NCBI GenBank assembly: GCA_947085185.1
Contig: CAMTVK010000007.1
Coordinates: 76,191-140,190 of the forward strand
Origin: Candidatus Fraserbacteria bacterium
GTDB lineage: Bacteria > Bipolaricaulota > Bipolaricaulia > RBG-16-55-9 > DRXL01
Reading direction: 5' to 3'
DNA: 64,000 nucleotides
Below are positions 30,443-41,325 of the stretch, one piece after another. The notes below the pieces were generated by a model, which saw only the letters and a program-made list of their open reading frames with translations, had not been told where the DNA came from and did not search any database. How positions within the stretch are numbered: the first letter of the stretch is position 1; every line of letters begins with the position of its first letter. Made by a program: the position numbers and the translations under genes.

Positions 30443-31921
30443 ATGCTCTACAAGAACTACATTGACGGCCAGTGGGGCGACTCTGCGACGGGCAAGACGT
30501 TCAAGTCTATCAATCCTGCGGACACCAGCGACGAGCTTGGGGAATTTCCCGCTTCTGACGCGCGCGACGTCGAACGCGCCGTGGACGCTGCCGATCGAGC
30601 CTTCCACGAGTGGAGCAAAGTGCCCGCCCCCAAGCGCGGCGAGCTTCTCTTTGAGATCGGCGAGCGCCTCAAGCGTCACAAAGAAGATTTAGCACAAATT
30701 ATGACCCGCGAGATGGGCAAGGTCCTCAAAGAAGCCCGCGGCGACGTCCAGGAAGCGATCGATATGGCGTACTATATCGCCGCGGAGGGCCGGCGGCTCT
30801 TCGGACACACGACGCCCTCGGAGCTGCCCCTCAAGCATTGTCTGAGCTTCCGACGCCCCGTGGGGCGCGTCGGGGTGATCACCCCGTGGAACTTCCCCGT
30901 TGCTATCCCAGCGTGGAAGATCTTTCCGGCGCTAGTCGCGGGCAACACAGTCGTCTGGAAGCCAGCGACCGACACCCCGCGCTGCGCCTACGAGCTCGTC
31001 AAAATCTTAGAGTCAGCGGGGCTGCCCAAAGGCGTTGTCAATCTCGTCTTTGGAGGAGGCCGCGACGTCGGTATCCCCTTGGCCCAGCACCCTAAGATCG
31101 ATATGCTCTCGTTTACTGGGTCTACTGAGACCGGACGCGAGATCTATCAGTATGGGGCAGCCAAGCTCATCCGGGTGCACTTAGAGATGGGCGGGAAGAA
31201 CCCGATTATCGTGCTCGAAGATGCCGATCTCGATCTCGCTGTCGATGGGATTCTCTGGAGCGCCTTCGGCACGACGGGCCAGCGCTGCACCGCGTGCTCG
31301 CGCTTAATTGTCGAAGACGGCGTCTATGAAAGACTTTTAGAGAAGCTCGTCGAGCGCACCAAGAGGCTGCGCTTGGGCAACGGGCTTGATCCCCAGACGG
31401 ACGTCGGCCCTGTGGTCAATCGCTCTGCGCTAGAGAAGATCGCGCGCTACGTCGAGCTGGGCATCAAAGAGGGCGCCAAGCTCTTATGTGGCGGCCAGAT
31501 CGCCAAAGACGGGGCTTTAGCCAAGGGCTTCTTCTTCCAGCCCACGATCTTCGCCGACGTCACCCCTACTATGCGCATCTTCCAAGAGGAGATCTTCGGC
31601 CCGGTGCTCTCGGTCGCCAAGGCCAAAGACTACGACGAGGCGATTGCGCTTGCGAATCACACTTCGTATGGGCTCTCGTCGTCCATCTATACGCGCGATG
31701 TCTTTAAGGCCCATCGGGCGATGGACGATCTGGAAGCGGGGATCACGTATATTAACAGCGGGACGATCGGAGCCGAAGTGCACCTGCCCTTTGGTGGGAT
31801 AAAGAACACCGGCAACGGCGGGCGGGAGTCGGGCTGGACGGCTATTGAAGAGTACACCGAGTGGAAGACCATTTATATAGACTTTTCAGGGCGCTTGCAA
31901 AAAGCTCAGGGGATCGATTAG
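30443..31921 (+). CDS. Aldehyde dehydrogenase family protein
   Basis: ITPWNFP, FTGS, LEMGGKN, GQRCTA, EEIFGP. Confidence 0.95.
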   Translation: MLYKNYIDGQWGDSATGKTFKSINPADTSDELGEFPASDARDVERAVDAADRAFHEWSKVPAPKRGELLFEIGERLKRHKEDLAQIMTREMGKVLKEARGDVQEAIDMAYYIAAEGRRLFGHTTPSELPLKHCLSFRRPVGRVGVITPWNFPVAIPAWKIFPALVAGNTVVWKPATDTPRCAYELVKILESAGLPKGVVNLVFGGGRDVGIPLAQHPKIDMLSFTGSTETGREIYQYGAAKLIRVHLEMGGKNPIIVLEDADLDLAVDGILWSAFGTTGQRCTACSRLIVEDGVYERLLEKLVERTKRLRLGNGLDPQTDVGPVVNRSALEKIARYVELGIKEGAKLLCGGQIAKDGALAKGFFFQPTIFADVTPTMRIFQEEIFGPVLSVAKAKDYDEAIALANHTSYGLSSSIYTRDVFKAHRAMDDLEAGITYINSGTIGAEVHLPFGGIKNTGNGGRESGWTAIEEYTEWKTIYIDFSGRLQKAQGID

Positions 31922-32040
31922 CGTAATTCACATCACATACAGTGGGGCGCGGCGCTCGGTATAATGGAGCCCAAAGCAAGAGAGCAGTCTGTAGCTTACT
32001 GGACTTTGAAGACCAAGATGTCTTGTGAAGGAGGTTTACC

Positions 32041-34458
32041 GTGAGGTCCGACGCAGCCAGACGCGCAGCACAGGTTTTTTTTCTGGTGATTCTCTCGCTG
32101 GTGATGCTGAGAGGGGGCACGAGCGGAGCGCCCGTTGTGCTCGATATCGCTGACGCCAACCAAGATGTCACGATCTTTGGCGCGAACGCCAAAGACTTTC
32201 TGACGGACTTCAACTCGATAGCTATCGGCGATGTGAACGGGGACGGGGTCAATGATCTGATCTTAGGCGATCCTGCGGCCGATGTCGAAGAGGGCGACCG
32301 CCGCGACGCCGGAAAAGTCTATATTATATTCGGCCGAGCCAGGCTTGAGAAGACGTATGACTTGGCCAAATCCCACGCGGATATCGTCGTGACGGGGGCG
32401 CGTGCGGGGGATATGCTGGGCACGGCAGTCGCTGTCGGCGACATCAACGGCGACGGTCGGCTCGATTTAATTATTGGCGCATCGGGAGTTGACGGCCCCG
32501 ATGGGCTGCCTGAGCGCCGCCGCGACGCCGGAGCGGTCTACGTGCTTTTTGGGCGCCCCACCCCCAACAAAGTGATCGATATCTTTGATGGTGACCAAGA
32601 TATGACGATCCACGGCGAGTCTCCTGGGGATCGTCTTGGCGCTGCGGTGGCCGCAGGGGATCTCAACGGCGACGGCATCGCTGATATAATTCTCTCTGCG
32701 ACCGACGCCGATGGCCCGCGCAAGGAGCGAGCCAACGCCGGACAAGTCTATGTGCTCTTTGGCAGCACGAGCCTGCCGCGCACGATCGACCTAGCCCGCC
32801 AGAACGCCGATATGACGGTCTTTGGCCGCAACGCGACCGATCAGGTGGGCAGCGTCGTGGTGAGCGCCAACGTCAATGGGGACGGCTTTGAAGATGTGAT
32901 CATCGCGGCGCCTCAGGCCGACGGCCCCGGCAACGGGCGCAACAACGCCGGGGAGGTCTATATAATTTTTGGGGCGACCACGCTGCCTGCCCGTGTAGAC
33001 TTGGCCAAGGATCGTCCGGACGTGTTGATCTACGGGGCCGACGCGGGGGATACCCTGGGGGTCTCGGTGGCGTTTGGCGACGTTGACGGTGACGGTGTGC
33101 ATGATGTGATTCTTGGTGCTCCTGGGGCGAGCGGGCCCCAAAATAAGCGCTCTGGCGCCGGTGAGGTCTATGTGCTCCTGGGCAGTTCTGTGAGAGGGGG
33201 AGTTCATGACTTCGCTTTAGGACAATACGATATGATCGTCTACGGTGCGGAGGCTGGGGATCGGCTGGGGCGGGCGGTCGCCTCGGGGCAGATCGGCGGG
33301 GCGAGCTTCGCTGAGCCCTTCTGGGATATGGTGCTTGGTGCAGACTCCGCCGACGGGCCGGAGAACAAGAGATTCAACGCTGGGGAGGCATATCTGATCT
33401 TAGGGCAGAGCCCCTTGCCCAGGACGGTCGATCTTGCGGCCAAGGACGCGCCCGTGACGGCAAGCTTTCTCGGCGCCCAGAGCGATGATCGTCTGGGGAG
33501 CGCCGTGATTGCTGGGGACTTAGACGGCGACGGCTTCGCCGAGGTCATCTTGGGCGCGCTCAACGCTGATGGGGAAGGGAATTTAAAGCCCGATTCTGGC
33601 GAAGCGTATATCTTTTTTGGGAGTCGCTTTGGCCCGCCCAAGCCACCCAATCAGCCCCCGGTTGCCAACGCCGGAGCTGATCAGACTGTGACCGTCGGGA
33701 CGCGTGTGACGCTCAACGGGACTCAATCGAGAGATCCCGACGGTGATCCCATCGCATTCCAATGGCGCTTCGTCTCGGTTCCTGAGGGGAGCGCGGCTGA
33801 ATTGACAGACGCAGACACGGCCAAACCGACGTTCACCCCTGACGTCGTGGGGGAGTATATTCTTGAGCTGGTCGTGACCGATCCTGACGGGGCCACAGGG
33901 TCCGATCAAGTGAAGGTCACCGCTACGGCAGCGCCGACACGCATGAAGGGCGATGTGAACGGCGACGGCAAAGTTGATATTGTGGACGCCAAGCTCGCGG
34001 CCGAATTTATCGTGGGCTTGCGCGATCTTGATGGGCCATCTCGCTGGGCCGCGGACGTGCGCGAGCCGTGTCAGCCTGCCCCAGGAAGCCCCCAGAATAT
34101 TGACGTGACCGACGTGCGCTGGATCGCGGAGTTTGCTATTGGCGTGCGCACGGAGATGTTCTGTCTTGAGGTGCCCATGCCTACAGCGTCAACGAGGGAG
34201 CTGGCGCCGTTGCGCGTGCGCCCGCTGCATAGAACTGTAGAATTCTCGGCTCCCGCAGGCACCCAGATCTCCGTGAAGATCTTCGACATGCTGGGTCGGG
34301 TCGTCTATTTTGCAGAATCGGCTTCGGGGGTGCTGCGGTGGGCGCTCGACGATGTCGGCGGTCGACCCGTGGCCAACGGCGTCTATCTGGCAGTGCTGGA
34401 GCTTTGGGACGGGACGTATGGCACGCGCGCGGTGCGCAAGCTCATCGTGCGTCGGTGA
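32041..34458 (+). CDS. Secreted FG-GAP repeat, PKD-like, dockerin and T9SS/FlgD-like CTD protein
   Basis: Repeated GDxNGDG...GAP; NQPPVANAG; GDVNGDGKVDIVDA; IFDMLGR...ANGVYL...KLIVRR. Confidence 0.8.
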   Translation: MRSDAARRAAQVFFLVILSLVMLRGGTSGAPVVLDIADANQDVTIFGANAKDFLTDFNSIAIGDVNGDGVNDLILGDPAADVEEGDRRDAGKVYIIFGRARLEKTYDLAKSHADIVVTGARAGDMLGTAVAVGDINGDGRLDLIIGASGVDGPDGLPERRRDAGAVYVLFGRPTPNKVIDIFDGDQDMTIHGESPGDRLGAAVAAGDLNGDGIADIILSATDADGPRKERANAGQVYVLFGSTSLPRTIDLARQNADMTVFGRNATDQVGSVVVSANVNGDGFEDVIIAAPQADGPGNGRNNAGEVYIIFGATTLPARVDLAKDRPDVLIYGADAGDTLGVSVAFGDVDGDGVHDVILGAPGASGPQNKRSGAGEVYVLLGSSVRGGVHDFALGQYDMIVYGAEAGDRLGRAVASGQIGGASFAEPFWDMVLGADSADGPENKRFNAGEAYLILGQSPLPRTVDLAAKDAPVTASFLGAQSDDRLGSAVIAGDLDGDGFAEVILGALNADGEGNLKPDSGEAYIFFGSRFGPPKPPNQPPVANAGADQTVTVGTRVTLNGTQSRDPDGDPIAFQWRFVSVPEGSAAELTDADTAKPTFTPDVVGEYILELVVTDPDGATGSDQVKVTATAAPTRMKGDVNGDGKVDIVDAKLAAEFIVGLRDLDGPSRWAADVREPCQPAPGSPQNIDVTDVRWIAEFAIGVRTEMFCLEVPMPTASTRELAPLRVRPLHRTVEFSAPAGTQISVKIFDMLGRVVYFAESASGVLRWALDDVGGRPVANGVYLAVLELWDGTYGTRAVRKLIVRR

Positions 34459-34605
34459 CGCGTGCTACTTCTATGCCGTGACTTAAGTTACATACAGGGT
34501 GCACGGCATGGGCTACAATGGCAATGATGAAAACACTGACAAGGCAGGTCATCACTTATGATGAGAGACTCTAGTCGGCGCACCGGTGAAGGGAGGTCCT
34601 CAAGC

Positions 34606-36696
34606 GTGGGTATGAGAAAGAGAAGCTGGTTGCTCGTGCTGATGCCGATATTCGTGCTGGGGTGGGCGGTGGGAGCGTTGGCCGACGACGAAACCGACGT
34701 GTTCAACGCCAACGCGGGCAACACCGAGCCCAATCCCAACCCAGGAGAGAACTTCGTCGTCATCCAGGACGTCATCGTGGCTGATCCAGGACCCTTCGGG
34801 GATACGACTCCCGATAGCTTCCCCACGGCGATCGAGACGGTGACGGTTCGCAAGGCCGGTGGGACTCTTGAAGATCACTTTGTCTTAGCGTTGCGGCTCT
34901 ATCTCGATGACGGCGATGGGCTCTTTGACCCCACGGTGGACCGACTCTTAGGGGCGGTCAACGCGCCCCGGCTGAGCGCAGGGGTTGTCTTCGGCACCCG
35001 AGGGCAGCTCTTGGTGCTGGTGCCCAACAGCGGCTCAGTGGAGTTCTTCGTCGTTGCTGATTTTGCCAACGACGCGCCCGATGGGGCAACCCTGCGCACC
35101 AGTTTTGACTTGACCGTCGGGGATAGCTTGATCGGCGGGCCGACGACGAGCTCGCGCATTGACAGCGCGACGTCGCTGCCCATCTTAAATTTCGATGCGG
35201 GGCTGCCTGTGCCCGTGGGGTTCATTCGCATCACCGCGGCGACGGGCGACGCCGAAACGGACGTCATTGATGAGACCCCCGCGCGCACGGCCAACCCCGG
35301 AGATTCTATCGTCCTGCAAGAGTTCTTGGTCTCCGATCCCGGCGTGTCGGGCGATGCCGTGCCTGATGGGCTGGGCACGCTCATCCGCACGGTCACGGTC
35401 AGAAAAGTTGGCGGGACGATCTCCAGCGATAAGATCTTGAGATTGAGGCTCTTTCGGGCGAGCCCGCGCACCCCGCCAGGGTGGGATGAGCAAGACGAGC
35501 TGTTAGCTGTTGTGAATGCGCCCAATCTGGAGCGCGGCGTTGTCTTCGGCGACGGCGGCCGACGCTTGGTCCGCATCAACGACAACTCCGAAGAGAGATT
35601 GTACGTCGTCGCCGATCTGGCGCCGGTGGGCTTCGTAGACGGCGACACGCTGCGCACCAGCGTGGAGATCGTGGCCCGCGACGACAAGACCGACCCGGGC
35701 GAACAATCTTCGGCGATCGAGACGCCCATGCCGGTCGCGGCTTCCAATCAGCTTGTCGTGAAAGTTCCCCCGCCGACGCTCATCGTTGGCTCAGCGTCGA
35801 TCGTGGGCAAGACGAAGATCCCCATCTCGATCAGATTTGTGCCTGGGCCGGGGCTGGGCGAGCTCCAGATCGGCCCCGACGGCGCCCTGACGTTCGATCC
35901 CACAGTCGTCCAGGTGCTCAACATCAAGGGCGTTGGGCCGTATATCGTTGACTCGGTCAATATTGATTCGATCGAGGGTCGGGCGCAATTTGCGCTCACG
36001 CTCAAGCCGGGACGGACAGCCCTCAACGAAGGGGTCATCGCTGAGATCGAGGTGGACAAAGCCCCCGGGGCTCCCCCAGGCGAGTCCGTGCGCATAGATA
36101 TCGAAGACATCGAGGGCCTTGAGGTCGTCGATGTCTTTCGTGACGCGGCCGGGCGCGATCTGTTGCCCGATATCGTCCCTGGGGTGGTCACGATCAAGCT
36201 GCTCAAGGGCGATGTGGACGGCGACGGGGTCGTGACGGTGAGCGATGCGCGCTTGGCGGCGCGGTTCATTCTGGGCATGGAGACGCTCTCCCCCGAGCAA
36301 GAAGAAGCCGCGGATGTGGCGCCGCCCTTGGGAGTGATCGATGCGACCGATGTGCGCTATATCGCCCAAGCGGCGACGGGCCTGCGCCGGCTGGAGCAGC
36401 CAACGAGCGCGACGCTCACCCCGCAAGCACGCCCGACGCATCGCGTGACGGCGAAGCTGCGCGCCGGCACCCTCGAAGTGCGCGTCGCAAGCCAAGCCGT
36501 CGCCGAGACGACCGTCAGAGTCTTCACGCTCACCGGAAAGTCTGTGACGACGGTGCAGGCCTCCGGACCGACGGTGCGTCTTAGCGAAGGCGATCTTGCC
36601 GGACTGCCTAACGGCGTCTATCTCTATACAGTCACGGTCTTAGGCCCTGATGGAGTCTGGCAGAGCGACGTGCGCAAGTTCTTGTTGATACGCTAA
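34606..36696 (+). CDS. Secreted protein: two tandem beta repeats, cohesin-like, dockerin, CTD
   Basis: Internal repeat of about 180 aa; LTFDPTVVQV; GDVDGDGVVTVSDA...ADV...DATD; LPNGVYLY...KFLLIR. Confidence 0.75.
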   Translation: MGMRKRSWLLVLMPIFVLGWAVGALADDETDVFNANAGNTEPNPNPGENFVVIQDVIVADPGPFGDTTPDSFPTAIETVTVRKAGGTLEDHFVLALRLYLDDGDGLFDPTVDRLLGAVNAPRLSAGVVFGTRGQLLVLVPNSGSVEFFVVADFANDAPDGATLRTSFDLTVGDSLIGGPTTSSRIDSATSLPILNFDAGLPVPVGFIRITAATGDAETDVIDETPARTANPGDSIVLQEFLVSDPGVSGDAVPDGLGTLIRTVTVRKVGGTISSDKILRLRLFRASPRTPPGWDEQDELLAVVNAPNLERGVVFGDGGRRLVRINDNSEERLYVVADLAPVGFVDGDTLRTSVEIVARDDKTDPGEQSSAIETPMPVAASNQLVVKVPPPTLIVGSASIVGKTKIPISIRFVPGPGLGELQIGPDGALTFDPTVVQVLNIKGVGPYIVDSVNIDSIEGRAQFALTLKPGRTALNEGVIAEIEVDKAPGAPPGESVRIDIEDIEGLEVVDVFRDAAGRDLLPDIVPGVVTIKLLKGDVDGDGVVTVSDARLAARFILGMETLSPEQEEAADVAPPLGVIDATDVRYIAQAATGLRRLEQPTSATLTPQARPTHRVTAKLRAGTLEVRVASQAVAETTVRVFTLTGKSVTTVQASGPTVRLSEGDLAGLPNGVYLYTVTVLGPDGVWQSDVRKFLLIR

Positions 36697-36703
36697 ACCC
36701 TCT

Positions 36704-37675
36704 ATGCGAAAGATTCTTCTCAACGCTCTGCTTGCTCTTGGCATAGCGGTCTTGGTCGTGGGGTGCTTTCCAAAGCCCAGTGGGCCCCAGCCCCCACAGG
36801 CCCTCTTTTCGTTCAATCCCATCACCCCCAAAGTCGGCGATGACGTCGTCTTCGACGCTTCGGAATCGAAGGACCCCGACGGACAGATTATTGAGTATCT
36901 GTGGGATTTTGGCGACGGCTCGCCCACCGAGAGCGGCCCTATCGTCCTTCATGCCTACGAGAGCGCCGGACAATACACGGTCAAGCTCACCGTCACCGAC
37001 GATCAGGGGCTGTCGAACAGCTCAGAGAAGAGCATTACGGTCGTGGCCAGCCAAGCGAGCGCCGTGAAGAGATCTCTGCCCGCGCCGGCCCAAGGCCCCG
37101 GGGGGATCGCCTGGGACGGCTCAGCCTTGTGGGTCGTGGACTCCCTCGATTTGATGAATTATAAAATTTACAAAGTAGACCCGCAAAGCGGGAGCGTGCT
37201 CAGCTCCTTTGAGGTGCCCACGATCGAGCCCGATGGGCTGGCGTGGGACGGCAGTCGCTTATGGCTCGTAGACGGTGTCGAAGGGAAGCTCTTACAGATT
37301 GATCCGTCGAGCGGGAAAGTCTTAAAGACGCTCAACGCGCCGGGGCCGTATCCCACGGGGATCGCCTGGGATGGCGCGGCCCTGTGGGTCGCCGACGCCG
37401 ACACGCTCAAGATTTACAAGATCAATCCTGTGACAGGGAAAGTGATCGACTCGTTCGACGCCCCAGGGGACTTTCCGACGGGGCTGGCCTGGGATGGGAA
37501 GTTCCTCTGGCACCTAGACGCAGTCAGTATCTATAAGCTCGATCCTAACGGTGGAGCGGTCTTGGCCGAATACGAAGCGCCGCGGGATCGGCTCTCTGAC
37601 TTGACGTGGGACGGGCAGTTCTTGTGGGCCACCGACGAAGAGGGCAAGCAGCTGGTGCAGCTTGGGTTTGAGTAG
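36704..37675 (+). CDS. Lipoprotein with PKD domain and beta-propeller repeats
   Basis: VVG-C lipobox; WDFGDG; five GxAWDG/LTWDG repeats. Confidence 0.8.
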   Translation: MRKILLNALLALGIAVLVVGCFPKPSGPQPPQALFSFNPITPKVGDDVVFDASESKDPDGQIIEYLWDFGDGSPTESGPIVLHAYESAGQYTVKLTVTDDQGLSNSSEKSITVVASQASAVKRSLPAPAQGPGGIAWDGSALWVVDSLDLMNYKIYKVDPQSGSVLSSFEVPTIEPDGLAWDGSRLWLVDGVEGKLLQIDPSSGKVLKTLNAPGPYPTGIAWDGAALWVADADTLKIYKINPVTGKVIDSFDAPGDFPTGLAWDGKFLWHLDAVSIYKLDPNGGAVLAEYEAPRDRLSDLTWDGQFLWATDEEGKQLVQLGFE

Positions 37676-37681
37676 TATTGT

Positions 37682-37755
37682 TTGAATCACGGAGAGCACG
37701 GAAGTGGGGCATTCTTCCGTGCTTTTTATATCTCTCCGTGCCTTCCGTGATTCAA
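37682..37755. repeat. CACGGA palindromic element copy 2
   Basis: TTGAATCACGGA...TCCGTGATTCAA terminal inverted repeat. Confidence 0.85.
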
Positions 37756-37877
37756 TCCCCCATAGTAACGTAGATTACTGACGTCTGGCCCCTGGCAGGG
37801 TATCATAGGTCCAGCTGGCAGGGAAACGAGCGGACGCGCCAACAGCGCGATCTCCCTGAAAACACAGGAGGTGCCTT

Positions 37878-40031
37878 GTGAGCAAGAGTTCAGTTGTTTT
37901 GAGCATAGTCCTTGTCCTAGGGGCAATGGCGAGCGTAGTAGTAGTGGGGGTGGCCTCCACGTCAGGTAATCCCGAGACGATGGTCTTGAGGGACTTCTCC
38001 GGGGCGGTGGAGCCGGTGGCCCGTCCGGGCCAGACGTTCGTCGTCGCTGGGGCTATCAGAGTGTTCGATCCAGGGGATGACGGAGCGCCTACAGCGATCG
38101 AGACGATCTCCCTCTGCTTAGCGCCAACAAGCACCCTGAGCAGTCGATATATCAGTGGGCTGCGGCTCTACGTTGATGAAGGGTTCAATGGCTTTTTCGA
38201 TCGGCGCGAGAGCACACTCTTAGGTTCGGTGGTGCGGCCCAAGCTCGATGACTGTGAGAACCCCGTCACGTTCGGGCGACCGGGGAATCTATTTGTGCTC
38301 GTGCCTGATCGTGGGGCGAAGCTCTTCTTCGTCGTCGTTGATATCGCTTCCGATGCGCCTGATGGCGCAAGCCTTGTGCTGAGCTTCGACGCGGAAGCGT
38401 CCGATGGGCTGCGCGGCGGCCCGGCGATCAGCTCTGGCTTCAGTGCTGATCAAGGCCCGCCAGTATTTACTGATACTATAACAATTCGTGCCACAGGCGG
38501 CGACGCCGAAGCCGACGTCGTCGACGAGACCCCAGCTCTCACAACTCGCCCCGGCACGAGCGTTGTCGTCCAGCAGTTTGTCATCGCTGATCCCGGCTCT
38601 GACGGTGATACCGAAGATGACGACTTAGCGACTCTCGTGCGCAGCATCACCGTGCAAGCCGTACGCGAAGAGACGACGATAGATCTCTCGCCGGGTGTGG
38701 GGCTGATTCAGAGAGTCAGATTATTCCGGGAGAGCGGGCGCACCGGCCCGGGCTGGCAAGAGGGCGACGAACTTTTAGGAGAAGTCGTGCGGCCCGACTT
38801 GGCTGCCGGGGTGACGTTTGGCAGCGGCGGCCGGAGATTGCTCCGAGTAGGACGGAACAACATCTTCGGCACGGGCGGCGTAGAGCGGCTCTATGTCGTC
38901 GTGGATTTGGCTTCCGGCGGCTTTGCCCACGCTCCTACAGAGAATCTCTTGCGCACGCAGATCACCGTTGTGGCCAGCGACGACAGCTCCGAAGACGGCG
39001 AAGAGTCTTCAGGGATCGAGACCCCTATGCCCGTGATAGCCAATAACGCTATTCAGATTGTGACAGTCAACCCCGGCGGCACGGCGGGGAGTGCTCGAGT
39101 CGTCCTGGGAGACGTGAGCCTGCTACGTGCTGGCAAGGCCGTGATGCGTGTGGAGGGCGTGCCCTTGCCCGGCCTAGCGAGCGTAATGGGCATGGTTAGT
39201 TTCGATCCCGATATCATTCAGGTAGCCGCGACGAAGCAGGGGGGCTATCGTGTGCGCGGCCTGGGCAATTATCGCGTAGATTTTCTCGATGTGAACAACG
39301 AAGGCGGCACGATAGAGTTTCTCTTGACTCTCAAGGGGGGGCGCAAGCCCTTGATCGGCGACGGCAGTGTCATGGAGATCGAGTTCGTCTCTGTGGAGGA
39401 TATAAACCCGGGAGATGAGTCATATCTTAATGTTGAGATTGAAGACGCGCGGGACGCTCGCGGGGGTGAGCTGGTCTTCGACGAGGTGAGCGGCAGGGTG
39501 CGCATTCAGCTCATCATGGGCGACGTGGACGGCAACGGAGTTGTGACCCGCCGCGATGCCAGGCTGCTGGCGCGCTGGCTCCTGGGCCGTGCCGTGCTTA
39601 CTCCCCTTCAAAAGAAAGTCGCCGACGTTGATCACTCCTGTCCGCCTGGCACCGACTGGGCGGCGCTCGCTCCGGGTGGCTGCGTGAACGAGACCGACGT
39701 GCGCTGGATCAAAGAAGCCGCGGCCGGCCTGCGCACCCTCAGCTCGAGTGCGAACTTACAGGCGCTCGGTCGCGGGCTGACGGTCTTGACGCTGCCGTCG
39801 GGCGGTCTGGAGTTCCGAGCCCTGAATGCTGAGCGTCTGAGCGTGCAGGTCTTCGGTCTATCGGGGAGCTTGGTCTTCAATGCCGAGACTACGACCGGAA
39901 CCCTGCGCTTCGAGGGCGTCTCCAACAAGGGCGCTCGTCTTGCCAAGGGCGTCTATCTGTACGTGGTGACGCTCTACGGGCGCGACGGAGCCGTGTGGCG
40001 CAGTGAAGTGAGAAAGCTCGTAGTGCGATAG
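37878..40031 (+). CDS. Paralog of 34606 gene: tandem repeats, cohesin-like, dockerin, CTD
   Basis: Shared DETP, ADPG, ERLYVV, IETPMPV motifs; VSFDPDIIQV; GDVDGNGVVTRRDA; LAKGVYLY...KLVVR. Confidence 0.75.
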   Translation: MSKSSVVLSIVLVLGAMASVVVVGVASTSGNPETMVLRDFSGAVEPVARPGQTFVVAGAIRVFDPGDDGAPTAIETISLCLAPTSTLSSRYISGLRLYVDEGFNGFFDRRESTLLGSVVRPKLDDCENPVTFGRPGNLFVLVPDRGAKLFFVVVDIASDAPDGASLVLSFDAEASDGLRGGPAISSGFSADQGPPVFTDTITIRATGGDAEADVVDETPALTTRPGTSVVVQQFVIADPGSDGDTEDDDLATLVRSITVQAVREETTIDLSPGVGLIQRVRLFRESGRTGPGWQEGDELLGEVVRPDLAAGVTFGSGGRRLLRVGRNNIFGTGGVERLYVVVDLASGGFAHAPTENLLRTQITVVASDDSSEDGEESSGIETPMPVIANNAIQIVTVNPGGTAGSARVVLGDVSLLRAGKAVMRVEGVPLPGLASVMGMVSFDPDIIQVAATKQGGYRVRGLGNYRVDFLDVNNEGGTIEFLLTLKGGRKPLIGDGSVMEIEFVSVEDINPGDESYLNVEIEDARDARGGELVFDEVSGRVRIQLIMGDVDGNGVVTRRDARLLARWLLGRAVLTPLQKKVADVDHSCPPGTDWAALAPGGCVNETDVRWIKEAAAGLRTLSSSANLQALGRGLTVLTLPSGGLEFRALNAERLSVQVFGLSGSLVFNAETTTGTLRFEGVSNKGARLAKGVYLYVVTLYGRDGAVWRSEVRKLVVR

Positions 40032-40150
40032 AACCACGGAAGGCACGGAAGTGTCCCACGGAGGGCACGGAAGAACGGCGCTTCCGTGCTTTCCGTGGCC
40101 TTTCTGTGTGCTCCGTGGTTCCAAGCTTGCACGGCTAGGGAGCACCCGCG
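39963..40150 (+). repeat. Direct repeat of about 188 bp, copy 1 (gene 3-prime end plus CACGGA element copy 3)
   Basis: Near-identical to 41927-42113. Confidence 0.9.
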
Positions 40151-40240
40151 GGGGCGTGTTTTAAAGTCGTACGCAGGGCAATGTAAAGCCCCACCATAAA
40201 ATCTTCAGTGAGCTTAGCAGGAACGCTTGAAAGATTCAAA

Positions 40241-40276
40241 CGGCCGAGGGTCTCGCGCACGCCGCGAGGCCCTTGG
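40241..40276 (+). repeat. GAGGGTCTC hairpin repeat copy 1
   Basis: CCGAGGGTCTCGCG-CACGC-CGCGAGGCCCTTGG; relatives at 42152, 42885, 43272, 45616. Confidence 0.8.
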
Positions 40277-40388
40277 GGAATGTACAGCGTTTGACGAGGC
40301 TGTCACTCGAGCAGTATAATGCTCCAGTGCGCGTTGCCAGCGCTCAGATGAAGAAGAGCAAGAGAAGCCAGCGAATAGTCTACCTCCG
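40270..40388 (+). pseudogene. Deleted remnant of brnT-antitoxin cassette (promoter plus fused gene starts)
   Basis: 40270-40341 matches 42179-42250; 40342-40388 matches 42489-42536. Confidence 0.8.
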
Positions 40389-40432
40389 CAGCAGCAGAAT
40401 AGCACCCTTGAGCTCATGGTGGAGGGAGAGTC

Positions 40433-40792
40433 ATGCCCAAGGTGACTGTAAGAGGACAGATTCTGTGCCCGGCTCCTATCTTGACGGTCCTGCTGGTCCG
40501 GGATGGGGAGCGGTTCATGGCCAAATGCGTCGAGCTGGATTTGGTCACGGAGATGGACACCCCCCAAGAAGCCTTGCAAGCTATGGTGGAGATGATCCGG
40601 GAGTATGCGGAGGATTATCGCGCCCGCGAGAGCCTGTTTTTGGCCAGCCCCAACCGAGCTCATCATAAGCCCTATGTTGATCGCATCCTAGCCTGCCAAG
40701 ACGAATGGGAGCTGTGGGAGCTCCTTGAGGTGCGGCATGGCCGTTTACACCTACCGGCAAGTGCGAAGCGTGCTCCGAAAGCTCGGCTTTAA
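40433..40792 (+). CDS. HicB-like antitoxin
   Basis: FMAKCVELDLVTEMDTPQEAL pattern; overlaps hicA-like gene. Confidence 0.7.
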   Translation: MPKVTVRGQILCPAPILTVLLVRDGERFMAKCVELDLVTEMDTPQEALQAMVEMIREYAEDYRARESLFLASPNRAHHKPYVDRILACQDEWELWELLEVRHGRLHLPASAKRAPKARL

Positions 40793-40961
40793 GCTGGTGC
40801 GCAGTCGCAAGCACGAGACATGGGAGAAGGTGTTGGAAGATGGCAGTGTGCTGCAAGTGCGGCTTAGTCACAGAGGCGGGCGGGATGTTCCACCAGGAAC
40901 CTTTGCTGAGATGCTGCGGCAAATGGGAATTAGTCGTGAAACCTTCGAGGGATTGGTGTAA
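40737..40961 (+). CDS. hicA: HicA-family toxin
   Basis: LRKLGF...KHETW...H...DVPPGTFAEMLRQMG. Confidence 0.85.
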   Translation: MAVYTYRQVRSVLRKLGFKLVRSRKHETWEKVLEDGSVLQVRLSHRGGRDVPPGTFAEMLRQMGISRETFEGLV

Positions 40962-41045
40962 GTCAGAGTACCATCGGTGAAAAGCTCCCTCGCTAACCTT
41001 TCTGCGTAGGGAGCATCCTTATCTACTTCGGAGGTGACTGAACAT

Positions 41046-41150
41046 ATGACTTCCGCTATCTGGTTTTTGGTGGCGATCGCGGCGGCAGCAATAGCGATTG
41101 GGCTCTTCACGTTCGTGCTCGGACGCACGCCTCAGGCACCGCAAAAGTAG
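41046..41150 (+). CDS. 34-aa single-TM small protein (not in ORF track)
   Basis: MTSAIWFLVAIAAAAIAIGLFTFVLGRTPQAPQK with GGAGGTGA RBS. Confidence 0.65.
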   Translation: MTSAIWFLVAIAAAAIAIGLFTFVLGRTPQAPQK

Positions 41151-41325
41151 ATAGTAGAGCCACTGCGCCGCCCGCCGCCCGTTGTACCCCTCCTCTCTGA
41201 GCACTCTGCCACAGTCGTGCCCCTGAGAGGATGCCCGCTTTCTTGAGCCATTGCCACACCGCGCAGGGACCATTCGAGCTTGACCAGCGCGCATGTGGAA
41301 GGGTAGAATAACAAGGTGATGGCGC

